Source: a virus (Duplodnaviria; Caudoviricetes). From it: a stretch of DNA of 53,748 nucleotides. Below, one piece after another: positions 40,482 to 48,857 of this stretch. Location: positions 1 to 53,748 of IMG/VR virus record IMGVR_UViG_3300025781_000013; one strand, given 5' to 3'. The position numbers and the translations under genes were made by a program. Position 1 is the first letter of the stretch. Every line of letters begins with the position of its first letter. The notes beneath the pieces were generated by a model. It searched no databases and was not told the DNA's origin. It worked only from the letters and a program-made list of their open reading frames with translations.

Positions 40482-42884
40482 ATGTTTGATGTATTCTATT
40501 CCGGTGTTAAACCAAATCTGTTTGTGCATGAGCGGGCAACCCATGATCTTGAGCATGCCAGGCAATTGAGCAGGACCAGATATTTTTGGTGGATAAATTA
40601 TTTAAGCGACTACACTGGGTTCGATTTTTTATTTGAACCAGTGCCGTGGGAAAGCCAATACACTCACACCTGGCCCAGTCAGCACCATGCGTTCTCGGGC
40701 ACCTATCTGGTACCCACACATGTACAACAGGTTGAGTACAAATTCCATACCAAAATCATACCCAATCAGTCTAGGCCAGACCACTTCCACAACATAATAT
40801 CAGGTGTGCAGTTTGACTGTACCTGGCATCCGCATCCGCATGACCCGCCTTATCAATACGTGTTTGGCAATCAATGGTGGCCAGCCAATCGCATGCCCAC
40901 TGTGGAATATCATGTGCCTGGTGCTACCGAGCGCAAATACATTTTTGACCCATGTGCTCGATTGCCCGAACGTCACACCAATCACTGGCATACTCTGCAC
41001 GACTGCGAATGGGACTACAGCTGGGTACCCGATCCAGGAGACCCGCCCTTGATCTATGTGTTTGGCAATCAGTGGTGGCCGGCAGTCACAATGCCCACTG
41101 TGGAATATCATGTGCCCGGTGCTACCAAGCGCAAGTACATGAATCATCCACGGGCTCAATTGATACCAGATCAGGTCAAATGGACCATACCGGATGGAGT
41201 CGACACCGACTCGTTCGATTTCACCTGGTGTCCCGATCCAGGAGACCCGCCCTACATCTATCAGTTTGGTACACAGCATCAAAGGACCGGTGGTCCTAGG
41301 TATGTGATGCCAGACGCTGACACAATCAAGTATGTGTCTCGGCCTCGGGTTGCCAAGATTTCAGTTGATCAGGACAAATGGACCATACCCGACGGAGTCG
41401 ACACCGACTCATTTGATTTTACCTGGCATCCAGATGACACAGATGACCCCTACATCTATCAGTTTGGTACGCAACATCAAAGGACCGGTGGTCCTAGGTA
41501 TGTGATGCCAGACGCCACCGAAATCAAGTTTGTGGATCAGATACGCATACGTACCGAACGTGTGGCCACTGCCATCTACGAAATAGATCACCTGGACGGT
41601 CATGCTGGACAGATTCCAGATACCACAAAGACAGTGCGCTATTTTGACAATTATCTAGACACCCTGTTGCGACTGGCACGAAATATACAACACCAACATG
41701 AATTTGTGTGGATCTGTTCCAGCATCTGCGACTATCGGGACTTTGATTTTTCCTGGCATCCTGAACAATGGCAAGCCTCCATGTTGCATGTGTTTGCCAG
41801 CGATGATCAAAAGTTTGGAGACACGTTTTTCATGCATGTGCCCAGCTTTGTGGATCGTGCCCAGAACTGCCAGCTGCTGGAATGGTACGATGTGAATTTT
41901 GTTGATCGATCTGTGCCACGACGAGCCATGCCTGTAATCGTGCATGATCTGGATTCGCATGTGCCAGCAGTCAAAACACAGGATTGGCTAGGCCCGTTGG
42001 CCCTGTTCACAGTGGCTGACACGCCCGATCGAATACCGGTTGTACCATTATGGCGCAGTGAAACCAAAACCATAGTACCGCTGTCGGCCGGTGCCGGTGC
42101 AGTCGTAGTGCCTAGAGTGGCCAAGGCCAGCATACGCACGCAGTTGTACGATTACAAGCACATAGACCGCTCACAGCGCGGCGTATGCCAGGATCACCCA
42201 CTAGACATAGTGTTCATTGACAACGGCGAACCCAACGCAGAAGAAAATTGGAAATATCTTGGCGACTGCCATATGTTTACCAACCAACGCATAGAACGTA
42301 GTAGCGGAGTTAATGGGCGTGTGGCTGCTTACCATGCAGCAGCCCGACTCAGTGCGACACCTTGGTTCTTTGCGGTATTTGCCAAATTGCGTGTTAATAA
42401 GAATTTTGATTGGTCGTGGCAACCGGACCGTATGCAGATGCCCAAACACTATATCTTCCAGGCATTCAATCCAACAAATGGATTGACTTATGGTCACCAG
42501 GCCATGATTGCCTACAACAAGCAATTGGTGTTAGACAATCCTGGAGTGGGTTTAGACTTTACACTAGACTCGGCACACGAAGTTGTGCCAATACTGTCAG
42601 GCACAGCCGAATATGCCCATACGCCCTGGATGGCATGGCGTACGGCGTTTCGTGAAGCGTTGAAACTAAAAGGCAGTGATGATGTAGAAAGTCAATATCG
42701 ACTCAATCGTTGGTGTGCCAACGGCACAGGAGTCAATGCTCAGTGGAGCAGTTTGGGTGCTCAAGATGCTGTGGAATACTATGAGGAAGTTGGTGGGAAT
42801 TTTGACGAGCTTCGTAAAAGCTACGACTGGGCCTGGTTGGCTAGTTATGCTTTGTTGAAGCGTAATTTAACACAGTATCAATAA
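40482..42884 (+). CDS. 800-aa repeat-containing protein with a C-terminal GT-A-like domain homologous to 23010-23939 but lacking DxD
   Basis: LDIVFIDNGEPNAEENW, GVNGRVAAYHAAA, NGLTYGH, AWRTAFREALK match the 23010 protein; FFAVFAK stands where that protein has FVLIDGD. Confidence 0.65.
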   Translation: MFDVFYSGVKPNLFVHERATHDLEHARQLSRTRYFWWINYLSDYTGFDFLFEPVPWESQYTHTWPSQHHAFSGTYLVPTHVQQVEYKFHTKIIPNQSRPDHFHNIISGVQFDCTWHPHPHDPPYQYVFGNQWWPANRMPTVEYHVPGATERKYIFDPCARLPERHTNHWHTLHDCEWDYSWVPDPGDPPLIYVFGNQWWPAVTMPTVEYHVPGATKRKYMNHPRAQLIPDQVKWTIPDGVDTDSFDFTWCPDPGDPPYIYQFGTQHQRTGGPRYVMPDADTIKYVSRPRVAKISVDQDKWTIPDGVDTDSFDFTWHPDDTDDPYIYQFGTQHQRTGGPRYVMPDATEIKFVDQIRIRTERVATAIYEIDHLDGHAGQIPDTTKTVRYFDNYLDTLLRLARNIQHQHEFVWICSSICDYRDFDFSWHPEQWQASMLHVFASDDQKFGDTFFMHVPSFVDRAQNCQLLEWYDVNFVDRSVPRRAMPVIVHDLDSHVPAVKTQDWLGPLALFTVADTPDRIPVVPLWRSETKTIVPLSAGAGAVVVPRVAKASIRTQLYDYKHIDRSQRGVCQDHPLDIVFIDNGEPNAEENWKYLGDCHMFTNQRIERSSGVNGRVAAYHAAARLSATPWFFAVFAKLRVNKNFDWSWQPDRMQMPKHYIFQAFNPTNGLTYGHQAMIAYNKQLVLDNPGVGLDFTLDSAHEVVPILSGTAEYAHTPWMAWRTAFREALKLKGSDDVESQYRLNRWCANGTGVNAQWSSLGAQDAVEYYEEVGGNFDELRKSYDWAWLASYALLKRNLTQYQ
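40760..41560 (+). repeat. Four coding tandem repeats of about 198-204 bp (66-68 aa) in an A-A-B-B similarity pattern
   Basis: Anchor gtttgg at 40862, 41060, 41264 and 41462; core (F/W)DxxWxPxPxDPPYxYxFGxQ; boundaries approximate. Confidence 0.9.
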
Positions 42885-43920
42885 TGTATTCCACTTCCAA
42901 GTCGGCAAGCTCAGGATAAAGCGGTAGGCTCACACATCTGCGTGCCAGGCTTGATGCTGCACTCAAGATATCAGGACCAGTGAAGTCTCGGTAAGCTGAC
43001 ATTTCATGTACTGGTGTTTGGTAGTGTATTTTGGTTTCAATCTTGTGGGTTTCCAGATACTGTCGCAATTGATCTCGTTGATCCAGTTCGATCACAAACT
43101 TGTGGTAAGCATGCGTGGCAAAGTTGCCCTTGTCAATCAGGCTGCGTATGCCCGAGCGTTCCAGACGTTCCATCCAGTATCGCGCAATCACAGCTCTACG
43201 CTGTTGCCAGGCATCAATGTATCGTGTCTTGACCATCATCTGCGCACAGTCTACCTCGCTCATTCTGCTGTTGGTACCCGGCACACTGTGATCAGGTTTG
43301 CCGTTGTTGCGCCAGGACCTGGCATAGTGCATGATATCCAGACTGTTGGTCACTATGGCTCCACCGTTGCCGTAACAGTTGAGATTCTTCATGGGATCAA
43401 AACTGATGGCAGCTGCCAAGCCCACCCGACGTGAGTCGGCGCTGAGCCAATGCTGTGCCGCATCTTCAAACACCACTGTGGTCTTGGATCCAGCGTTATC
43501 GGGCAGAGCCATGCCGTACAGTCCAACCAAGACCTCTACATGGCAATCAAGACCTGGATCCAGTTTTCTGTAGTCGGCTTGTCCGTGCCCGTCAGTGTCC
43601 AACAACACTACCTCGTAGCCAGCCCGTGCAAATGCATTGGCTGTGGCCACATAGGTCATGGTAGGTATCAAGACACGTGGCGGATCAAACATCAAATTGC
43701 GCTCTAGATTCCAAGCAGCCAAAATTTCCAAGGCCTGTGTGCCCGAGTGGCAGGTCACTGCATATTTGACATGGTTGCGACGGGCCAGCCAGTTTTCAAA
43801 TTCGGCTGTGTAGTTGCTGTCCATGAGAGATCCCGATCTTAGAACTTCGTCGGTCACATCCAGGATTTCAGTGCGTATCTGGTTGTATTGTTTTTTGATT
43901 CCGGTGAACGAAATCGTCAA
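42841..43920 (-). CDS. DegT/DnrJ/EryC1/StrS PLP-dependent NDP-sugar aminotransferase
   Basis: CHSGTQALE, PTMTYVATANA, EDAAQ, SFDPMKNL (PLP lysine), GNGGAI, GTNSRM, SLPLYP; start probably TTG 43920 (the ORF track extends to 43977). Confidence 0.92.
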   Translation of the reverse strand: MTISFTGIKKQYNQIRTEILDVTDEVLRSGSLMDSNYTAEFENWLARRNHVKYAVTCHSGTQALEILAAWNLERNLMFDPPRVLIPTMTYVATANAFARAGYEVVLLDTDGHGQADYRKLDPGLDCHVEVLVGLYGMALPDNAGSKTTVVFEDAAQHWLSADSRRVGLAAAISFDPMKNLNCYGNGGAIVTNSLDIMHYARSWRNNGKPDHSVPGTNSRMSEVDCAQMMVKTRYIDAWQQRRAVIARYWMERLERSGIRSLIDKGNFATHAYHKFVIELDQRDQLRQYLETHKIETKIHYQTPVHEMSAYRDFTGPDILSAASSLARRCVSLPLYPELADLEVEYIIDTVLNYASTKHN

Positions 43921-44854
43921 GCCAGTGTAGGTAATTTTCAAATCCTTGTTCGATATCAATACATGGTGCGAAACCAAATACCACCTGGGCCCGTGCTGTA
44001 TTTAACTGACCGCGACTGGGGAAACTGTTGTCGCGATTGTTGACCTGTATGCGCCCCGATCCAACCAGTTGTATGATCAGTTCGGCTGCTTCCAACAAGC
44101 TACGGCTGCGACCTCTAGTGATGTTGTAAACTCCAGTACGATTGCTGATTGTGGCCTGCACTATGCCTCGAGCTGCATCGTCCACGTGGGTAAAATCCAA
44201 TGCATCTTGAGCACCGTTGACCTGTAATACCTGATCTCGCATGGCTGCCAGCATGAATCGGCTGATCACTCGATCTTCGACATCTCTGGGTCCATACACA
44301 GCACTGGGTCTCAGTATCATGGATTGGATGCCGGTGCGTTTGGCATAGTCCTGTACCAACCATTCGCCGGCCAGTTTCATGATTCCATACTGTCCTATGG
44401 GATGAGTCACATGATCTTCGGAAATGCCGGCCGGTGAAGCATGGTCAAAGTTGCCATACACCATACTGCTACTGATATAAACAAACTTATTGACTTTGTG
44501 CTCGACCGATAGTTCAAGCAAATTAAGTAATCCTTCGATCATGGTTTTGCTGCCCAATGTAGGATTGGCGTTGACTACTTTTTGTCTAGGAAAGCTGGCC
44601 AAGTGTATGACTGTGTCGGGCTTGAACAACTCAAATGCCAGTCGAGCCGTTGGATCAGCCACATCGCAAAAGTATATGCTGTTGGTCTTAATTTTATGTT
44701 TGCGCTCACGCACAAGTGCAGATAACTCATCCTGGGCTATAATGCCGTAGTCAGTTTCGTTGTCCATGATGGCAACTGTGTGTCCCTGCTGTTCCAGCAG
44801 TTCGACCACATGGTGCCCAATAAAGCCCAGTCCCCCGGTTACCAGTATGTTCAT
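43868..44854 (-). CDS. NAD-dependent NDP-sugar epimerase/dehydratase (extended SDR)
   Basis: MNILVTGGLGFIG, HLA, SSSMVYG, YGIMK (YxxxK), RPSAVYGP, DFTHVDD. Confidence 0.92.
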   Translation of the reverse strand: MNILVTGGLGFIGHHVVELLEQQGHTVAIMDNETDYGIIAQDELSALVRERKHKIKTNSIYFCDVADPTARLAFELFKPDTVIHLASFPRQKVVNANPTLGSKTMIEGLLNLLELSVEHKVNKFVYISSSMVYGNFDHASPAGISEDHVTHPIGQYGIMKLAGEWLVQDYAKRTGIQSMILRPSAVYGPRDVEDRVISRFMLAAMRDQVLQVNGAQDALDFTHVDDAARGIVQATISNRTGVYNITRGRSRSLLEAAELIIQLVGSGRIQVNNRDNSFPSRGQLNTARAQVVFGFAPCIDIEQGFENYLHWLDDFVHRNQKTIQPDTH

Positions 44855-45093
44855 CGTCCCCACTTGAGTTTGAGATAGGTCACATCTTGATCATGCAATT
44901 TGCCCCAGATGGCCACTCGGTAACCCAGCGTGGCCGGATCTGGTTCGCAATAGAATGTGGGTTGGTCTTGCACATGTTCCATCACCCACTTTCCGTGGTC
45001 GGTCTGTTGCCATTCGCTGATGGGAAAGGCTGCATACAGATAAGGATCTTCCACATCGCTCATGCTAAATTTGTGTAATAGTGTGTTCTGCAT
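44851..45093 (-). CDS. Hypothetical protein (80 aa)
   Basis: ATGA-coupled to the epimerase gene; has its own putative promoter. Confidence 0.65.
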   Translation of the reverse strand: MQNTLLHKFSMSDVEDPYLYAAFPISEWQQTDHGKWVMEHVQDQPTFYCEPDPATLGYRVAIWGKLHDQDVTYLKLKWGR

Positions 45094-45099
45094 ACTGAT

Positions 45100-45108
45100 A
45101 GTATAGCA
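45100..45108 (-). promoter_or_regulatory. Extended -10 promoter element TGCTATACT
   Basis: 6 nt before the ATG at 45093; no good -35 box. Confidence 0.45.
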
Positions 45109-45114
45109 GAGTTG

Positions 45115-45786
45115 TCAGTGATCTGCGACCAGATCCGACAACATAGGAAAGATTGCCGCGATGACCTCGGCACAGGCCACAGCCACCTGCTGGTGTTCCA
45201 GCTGAGTGCCATTGGCGCTGCGCAGTTCAATAAAATGTATCCAGCTGCGTAGTGTGCCATTCATGTACAAGCGACTTTCGGTCAGTCCTTCGGGCAACAC
45301 AGCACGGGCCTGTTCCTTGGCTATGCCACGAGCCACAGCTTCTTGATAGATTGCACGACTGTGTTCGATCACGAACTTTTGTTTGGCATCCCACCAGGCT
45401 TGCAGTTCCACATCATCGGTCACGATGCTGTTCTGTCGATTCTTGGTGTCTTGCAGTCGAGCCTGTCGTGTCACAAAGGCCAGATCCTGGGTAGGATCGG
45501 CATAGCGTTGACTGAACTCCTGGAAGCTGAAACTGCGGTGTCGCAACATCTGACGGGCAATGTCTCGAGTGGTCGTGATCTCCAAACAGGCCGAAACCAT
45601 CTCCAATGGACTCCAGTGCTGATTGCGAACCAGATACTTGATCAGTCGTTGGCTGGTTTCTGTGTTGAGCTGATTGGCCGGATTGCTTACACGAGCACAA
45701 AAAGCCACCAGTTCTTGCATGTCAGCGAGACCCAGGTCTGCACAGTCAACAGTGGGCTGGCTGTGCGATATCAAACGTACTTTCAA
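45115..45786 (-). CDS. thyX: FAD-dependent thymidylate synthase ThyX
   Basis: ARVSNP, HWSPLE, RHRSFSFQEFSQRY (ThyX motif RHRx7S), EQARAVLP, GTLRSW.HF..LR, TQLEH. Confidence 0.96.
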   Translation of the reverse strand: MKVRLISHSQPTVDCADLGLADMQELVAFCARVSNPANQLNTETSQRLIKYLVRNQHWSPLEMVSACLEITTTRDIARQMLRHRSFSFQEFSQRYADPTQDLAFVTRQARLQDTKNRQNSIVTDDVELQAWWDAKQKFVIEHSRAIYQEAVARGIAKEQARAVLPEGLTESRLYMNGTLRSWIHFIELRSANGTQLEHQQVAVACAEVIAAIFPMLSDLVADH

Positions 45787-46088
45787 AGGCGCCCCAACAG
45801 CTTGTCAGTTTCAGGTTGTATTATGCGGGCCACGGCTGAAATATCAACCACGAAATCTAGGTCGACCACGATGGGATCCATTTCGCTCAGGTTCCGGGTG
45901 ATAAAGGCTTCAATTTCCTCTATGCTGAGTCCCTGTTTGGCCAAGGTCTGCAGATTGATAGTCTTTTGCTTGCCACCGGCCAGCTTGATCACGACTTTTT
46001 TTATGCACTCCAACGGGATGTCAGTCTTGTTGACATCGCGTATGATCATTTCCCATTGGCGTAGTGCTTCTTCGTTATTGAGTTGCAT
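45783..46088 (-). CDS. Hypothetical protein (101 aa)
   Basis: Overlaps both neighbours in an operon-like arrangement. Confidence 0.7.
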   Translation of the reverse strand: MQLNNEEALRQWEMIIRDVNKTDIPLECIKKVVIKLAGGKQKTINLQTLAKQGLSIEEIEAFITRNLSEMDPIVVDLDFVVDISAVARIIQPETDKLLGRL

Positions 46089-46824
46089 TGGCTGTCACAG
46101 TCTTGGCCTTGCGACCACGTTTGGCCGCAGGCGCGGTTTCGGTGACTGTTACTGTAGCCGTCTTGGCTGGTCGTGCCTTGGCTGAAACTGTGGGATCCAT
46201 TTTTTCAGCATCCTTTTTCATCCTGGCAGCTTCGGCCACCATGGCCTTGGCTTCGACCTCCATGCGCTTGGCCTGGGCCAACATGTTGGCCGCGATGTCT
46301 CTATCGCTCAAGGCCGAATCGCTTGTGGCAATGAACGGTTGAGTGATCTGTTCTGTAGCAGTCTTCTGTGACTGTGATTTTTTGTATTCGGCTTCGGCTG
46401 CACGCTTGACTTCGGGTGCTACCATGCCACGGCTGGCATCATTCTTGGCCATACGCTTGATAGCATCTTCGCCCTGTTTCATTTCGTTCAACATCTTGTT
46501 GAGTTCGTCCAGTCTGATACTGCTGGCCTGGTTGGGAGTCATGATGATGTCGGAGCAACGCACTTTCTTGATCATTCGCTCCTGATGCAGGGTCTCCAGG
46601 ATAGGGCGACCGTCTGGCAGGTAGCTGCGATGCAAGGCATCGGCAAACTCCTCGCCCTGTTGGGCCATGTCGCTTTCCAGCACTTTTTGTATGGCATCCT
46701 GCCAGTGTGCATGTGTGGTGTCTGGGTATATGATCAAACACATGTGGTCTTCACCGGGTACCTGTCTGAACAACACGCAGACCCTGCGGTCTTGATGCTT
46801 GCCTACGAATTTGGTAAATGCCAT
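46075..46824 (-). CDS. Hypothetical protein with coiled-coil and Lys/Ala/Thr-rich C-terminal tail
   Basis: GGAG RBS; 249 aa; ends in PAAKRGRKAK. Confidence 0.75.
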   Translation of the reverse strand: MAFTKFVGKHQDRRVCVLFRQVPGEDHMCLIIYPDTTHAHWQDAIQKVLESDMAQQGEEFADALHRSYLPDGRPILETLHQERMIKKVRCSDIIMTPNQASSIRLDELNKMLNEMKQGEDAIKRMAKNDASRGMVAPEVKRAAEAEYKKSQSQKTATEQITQPFIATSDSALSDRDIAANMLAQAKRMEVEAKAMVAEAARMKKDAEKMDPTVSAKARPAKTATVTVTETAPAAKRGRKAKTVTANATQ

Positions 46825-46827
46825 GTG

Positions 46828-47043
46828 TTATTCTCCTTGGGGTGGTTGATTGGTTGTGTCGGCTGGCTGTTGTGCCTGTGCTGTGGCTATCACAGTGTCT
46901 AGAAAGTTCTTGAGCTTGAGATACACAGCGCCGATTTCGTAAAGCTCTTCGCCGCGGAATGCACCGCGACTGGTGGCCAGATCAATGATATTTTTGATAG
47001 TATCAAGATCGGCGATTGAGATTTGTTGAGTTGTATTTTCCAT
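46828..47043 (-). CDS. Hypothetical protein (71 aa)
   Basis: Preceded by TAAATA; ISIADL..IIDLATSRGAFRGEE. Confidence 0.7.
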   Translation of the reverse strand: MENTTQQISIADLDTIKNIIDLATSRGAFRGEELYEIGAVYLKLKNFLDTVIATAQAQQPADTTNQPPQGE

Positions 47044-47048
47044 ATAGA

Positions 47049-47054
47049 TATTTA
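47049..47054 (-). promoter_or_regulatory. Putative late promoter core (TAAATA) on the minus strand
   Basis: TAAATA 5 nt before the ATG at 47043. Confidence 0.5.
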
Positions 47055-47115
47055 ACGGAGAAATCGATCTCCGAGATCTTTTTTGCCAGGTTTTGTGCCC
47101 AATTTGGCAAAATTG

Positions 47116-47277
47116 CTAGTGCGTGGCCACATGCAGTTCGCATTCGACTCGCCAGTTGGTAAATTGGCTGTGTGGGTCTACCGGCGCACCCTGTGCCACT
47201 GCTTCGCGTACAAAGTGCATGAGCAAGGCGTTGTACAACTCGTCGGGCATGGTTTCACGTTCAAACTTTATCTTCAT
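47116..47277 (-). CDS. Hypothetical 53-aa protein MKIKFERETMPDELYNALL...VATH (missing from the ORF track)
   Basis: Translated by hand; fills the gap in the minus-strand array. Confidence 0.6.
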   Translation of the reverse strand: MKIKFERETMPDELYNALLMHFVREAVAQGAPVDPHSQFTNWRVECELHVATH

Positions 47278-47521
47278 TTTTTCTTTCTGTTTTCAAAAGG
47301 TCCCACATCAGGGTTGGATCTGTGCGAGGCACCACAGCAATGGGTCGGATCCAACCACGCTCCAGTGCCTGCGCTATGATGATAGCATAAGAGTGTGGAC
47401 ATTCACCGTCGATTTCTATACTGGCACGATTGGTCATGATCAGGTCGTTGTGCATTTGGAAACTGACGTCACCGGGCCCAATGCGTACCCAGGGATCCTG
47501 GTTGATAACAACATTGGTCAT
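47261..47521 (-). CDS. Hypothetical protein (86 aa)
   Basis: ATGA-coupled to the upstream gene. Confidence 0.6.
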   Translation of the reverse strand: MTNVVINQDPWVRIGPGDVSFQMHNDLIMTNRASIEIDGECPHSYAIIIAQALERGWIRPIAVVPRTDPTLMWDLLKTERKNEDKV

Positions 47522-47826
47522 ATCGCCACTATCTCCATCGAGCCCATACCGTTTTCTTCTAACTGTCTCTTGTAGGTTTCGAACACATCACTGGTATAGG
47601 CGCTCATGCCTTCGGCACCTTTGTAGCACTTATAGACCGAACCAGATGATCCAACCACATCATAGTAGTCACCTTGATCGATAACCTTTTCTATACCCGA
47701 GTTCATCCTCCAGCTGTCTGAACCGGCATATCCGCCGTACCACGATGCCAGGACCTTGCGTATGCGCCCGTGTTTGGCACTGTTGATTTCTACTACGACC
47801 CAACGGTCTGGTGTATATTCGCTCAT
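47518..47826 (-). CDS. Conserved phage hypothetical protein
   Basis: GGAG RBS; YTPDRWVVV...KVLASWYGGYAGSDSWRMNSGI...GSSGSVYKC motif, which I recognise from large phages; function unknown. Confidence 0.75.
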   Translation of the reverse strand: MSEYTPDRWVVVEINSAKHGRIRKVLASWYGGYAGSDSWRMNSGIEKVIDQGDYYDVVGSSGSVYKCYKGAEGMSAYTSDVFETYKRQLEENGMGSMEIVAI

Positions 47827-47839
47827 CGCTGTCTCCGGT

Positions 47840-48208
47840 TCAATTCAATATGAAAATAGCAGATGCTACACCCAACCCTATACTTAAACCAATCGGACTG
47901 GTGGCAAACAGTATCTGAATTAGATTGTTCACAGCCGCACCTGTCCAAACTGCCGAAGCATAACGCTTGATATCTTTTGCTTGTTGGTCGGGAACAGCAC
48001 CTGATTCGGTCACTGCAAATACAGCTACCTTACCTAGCACAGCGCCTGCAAGACCAAGCGGATTCAGTTCAGTGGCACCATGTGCCAGGGCTATGGCAGT
48101 GGTGGCAGTGTCAGCCACTACGGCTTCGGTCATGGTGGGAGGTCTGACTCCTGTGGTACTGCATGCAGTCAAAGTGACCAGTGCCAGTGCAATCAATATG
48201 TTTTTCAT
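47840..48208 (-). CDS. Putative membrane lipoprotein
   Basis: MKNILIALALVTLTAC lipobox; ELNPLG; hydrophobic C-terminal helices. Confidence 0.65.
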   Translation of the reverse strand: MKNILIALALVTLTACSTTGVRPPTMTEAVVADTATTAIALAHGATELNPLGLAGAVLGKVAVFAVTESGAVPDQQAKDIKRYASAVWTGAAVNNLIQILFATSPIGLSIGLGVASAIFILN

Positions 48209-48417
48209 GATACCTCTGTTTTTGTGATGTGTACAACACAGGCCGGAGTCATAGCAGGCTCCGCCCAGTTACGCAGAGCACCCGAGTTAACTCGGCTGGC
48301 ATTGCCTTCAACCGGACCCGCCAAGGCGCCACGCTGGACTGCGTTGTAGTAGATGCTGTTGTGTCCTGGATATACGGACCAATTTGGATACCAAAAGTTT
48401 ACAGGATTAATCTTCAT
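48205..48417 (-). CDS. Hypothetical protein (70 aa)
   Basis: Directly after a strong sigma70-like promoter; ATGA coupling downstream. Confidence 0.6.
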   Translation of the reverse strand: MKINPVNFWYPNWSVYPGHNSIYYNAVQRGALAGPVEGNASRVNSGALRNWAEPAMTPACVVHITKTEVS

Positions 48418-48423
48418 AGTATT

Positions 48424-48452
48424 ATTATAACAGATTTTTTATTCTCGGTCAA
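48424..48452 (-). promoter_or_regulatory. Sigma70-like early promoter
   Basis: TTGACC-N17-TATAAT with extended TGn; ATG 6 nt downstream. Confidence 0.8.
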
Positions 48453-48639
48453 ACCAGGTGTCAAAGTGTTTTTCTAGCAATTCAGCGGCATCGTCGTAGC
48501 CGTTGGATCGTAGCTCACGGGCACATTCTTGTACTACACCAAACCCATAACGCACACTCTGCTGGTGCCATAATGGACTATGATGTATACCAAAGTGTGT
48601 GTCGTTGGCTATTTGATTTATTTTCTTGTTGCTCTTCAT
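48439..48639 (-). CDS. Divergent member of the MNERI family
   Basis: NKKINQIA...VVQECA...LEKHFD. Confidence 0.55.
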   Translation of the reverse strand: MKSNKKINQIANDTHFGIHHSPLWHQQSVRYGFGVVQECARELRSNGYDDAAELLEKHFDTWFDRE

Positions 48640-48857
48640 AGGTCAACTCCAAAAAATTCCTTACGAAGTTTTCGTTCTTCATCGAGATCAATACGATCAA
48701 TACCTACATTAAAACGATGGCGAATTTTACTCCAGCGTAATCTCACTTGCCATGATCCTAGCCTTAGTATCCCACCTATACTATGGGTGCTACCGAGTGG
48801 ATACAAGTTTAAACCTTGACGATATCTGCAGAAATCATCTTTCATAATATAGATCAT
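48636..48857 (-). CDS. Hypothetical protein, paralog of 52777-52935
   Basis: MIYI..D....R.GLNLYPL; ends in FFGVDL. Confidence 0.6.
   Translation of the reverse strand: MIYIMKDDFCRYRQGLNLYPLGSTHSIGGILRLGSWQVRLRWSKIRHRFNVGIDRIDLDEERKLRKEFFGVDL

Noticed and set aside
40760-41560. Diversity-generating retroelement (TR/VR) interpretation of the near-identical repeats
   Set aside because: Repeats are tandem, in frame within one ORF, differences are not adenine-specific, and no reverse transcriptase is present
45343-46185. 280-aa plus-strand ORF
   Set aside because: Antisense to thyX and its upstream genes
47060-47115. Inverted repeats (ttttgcca...tggcaaaa; gatct-ccg-agatc) as an intrinsic terminator
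   Set aside because: Long loop or short stem; too weak to call without folding calculations
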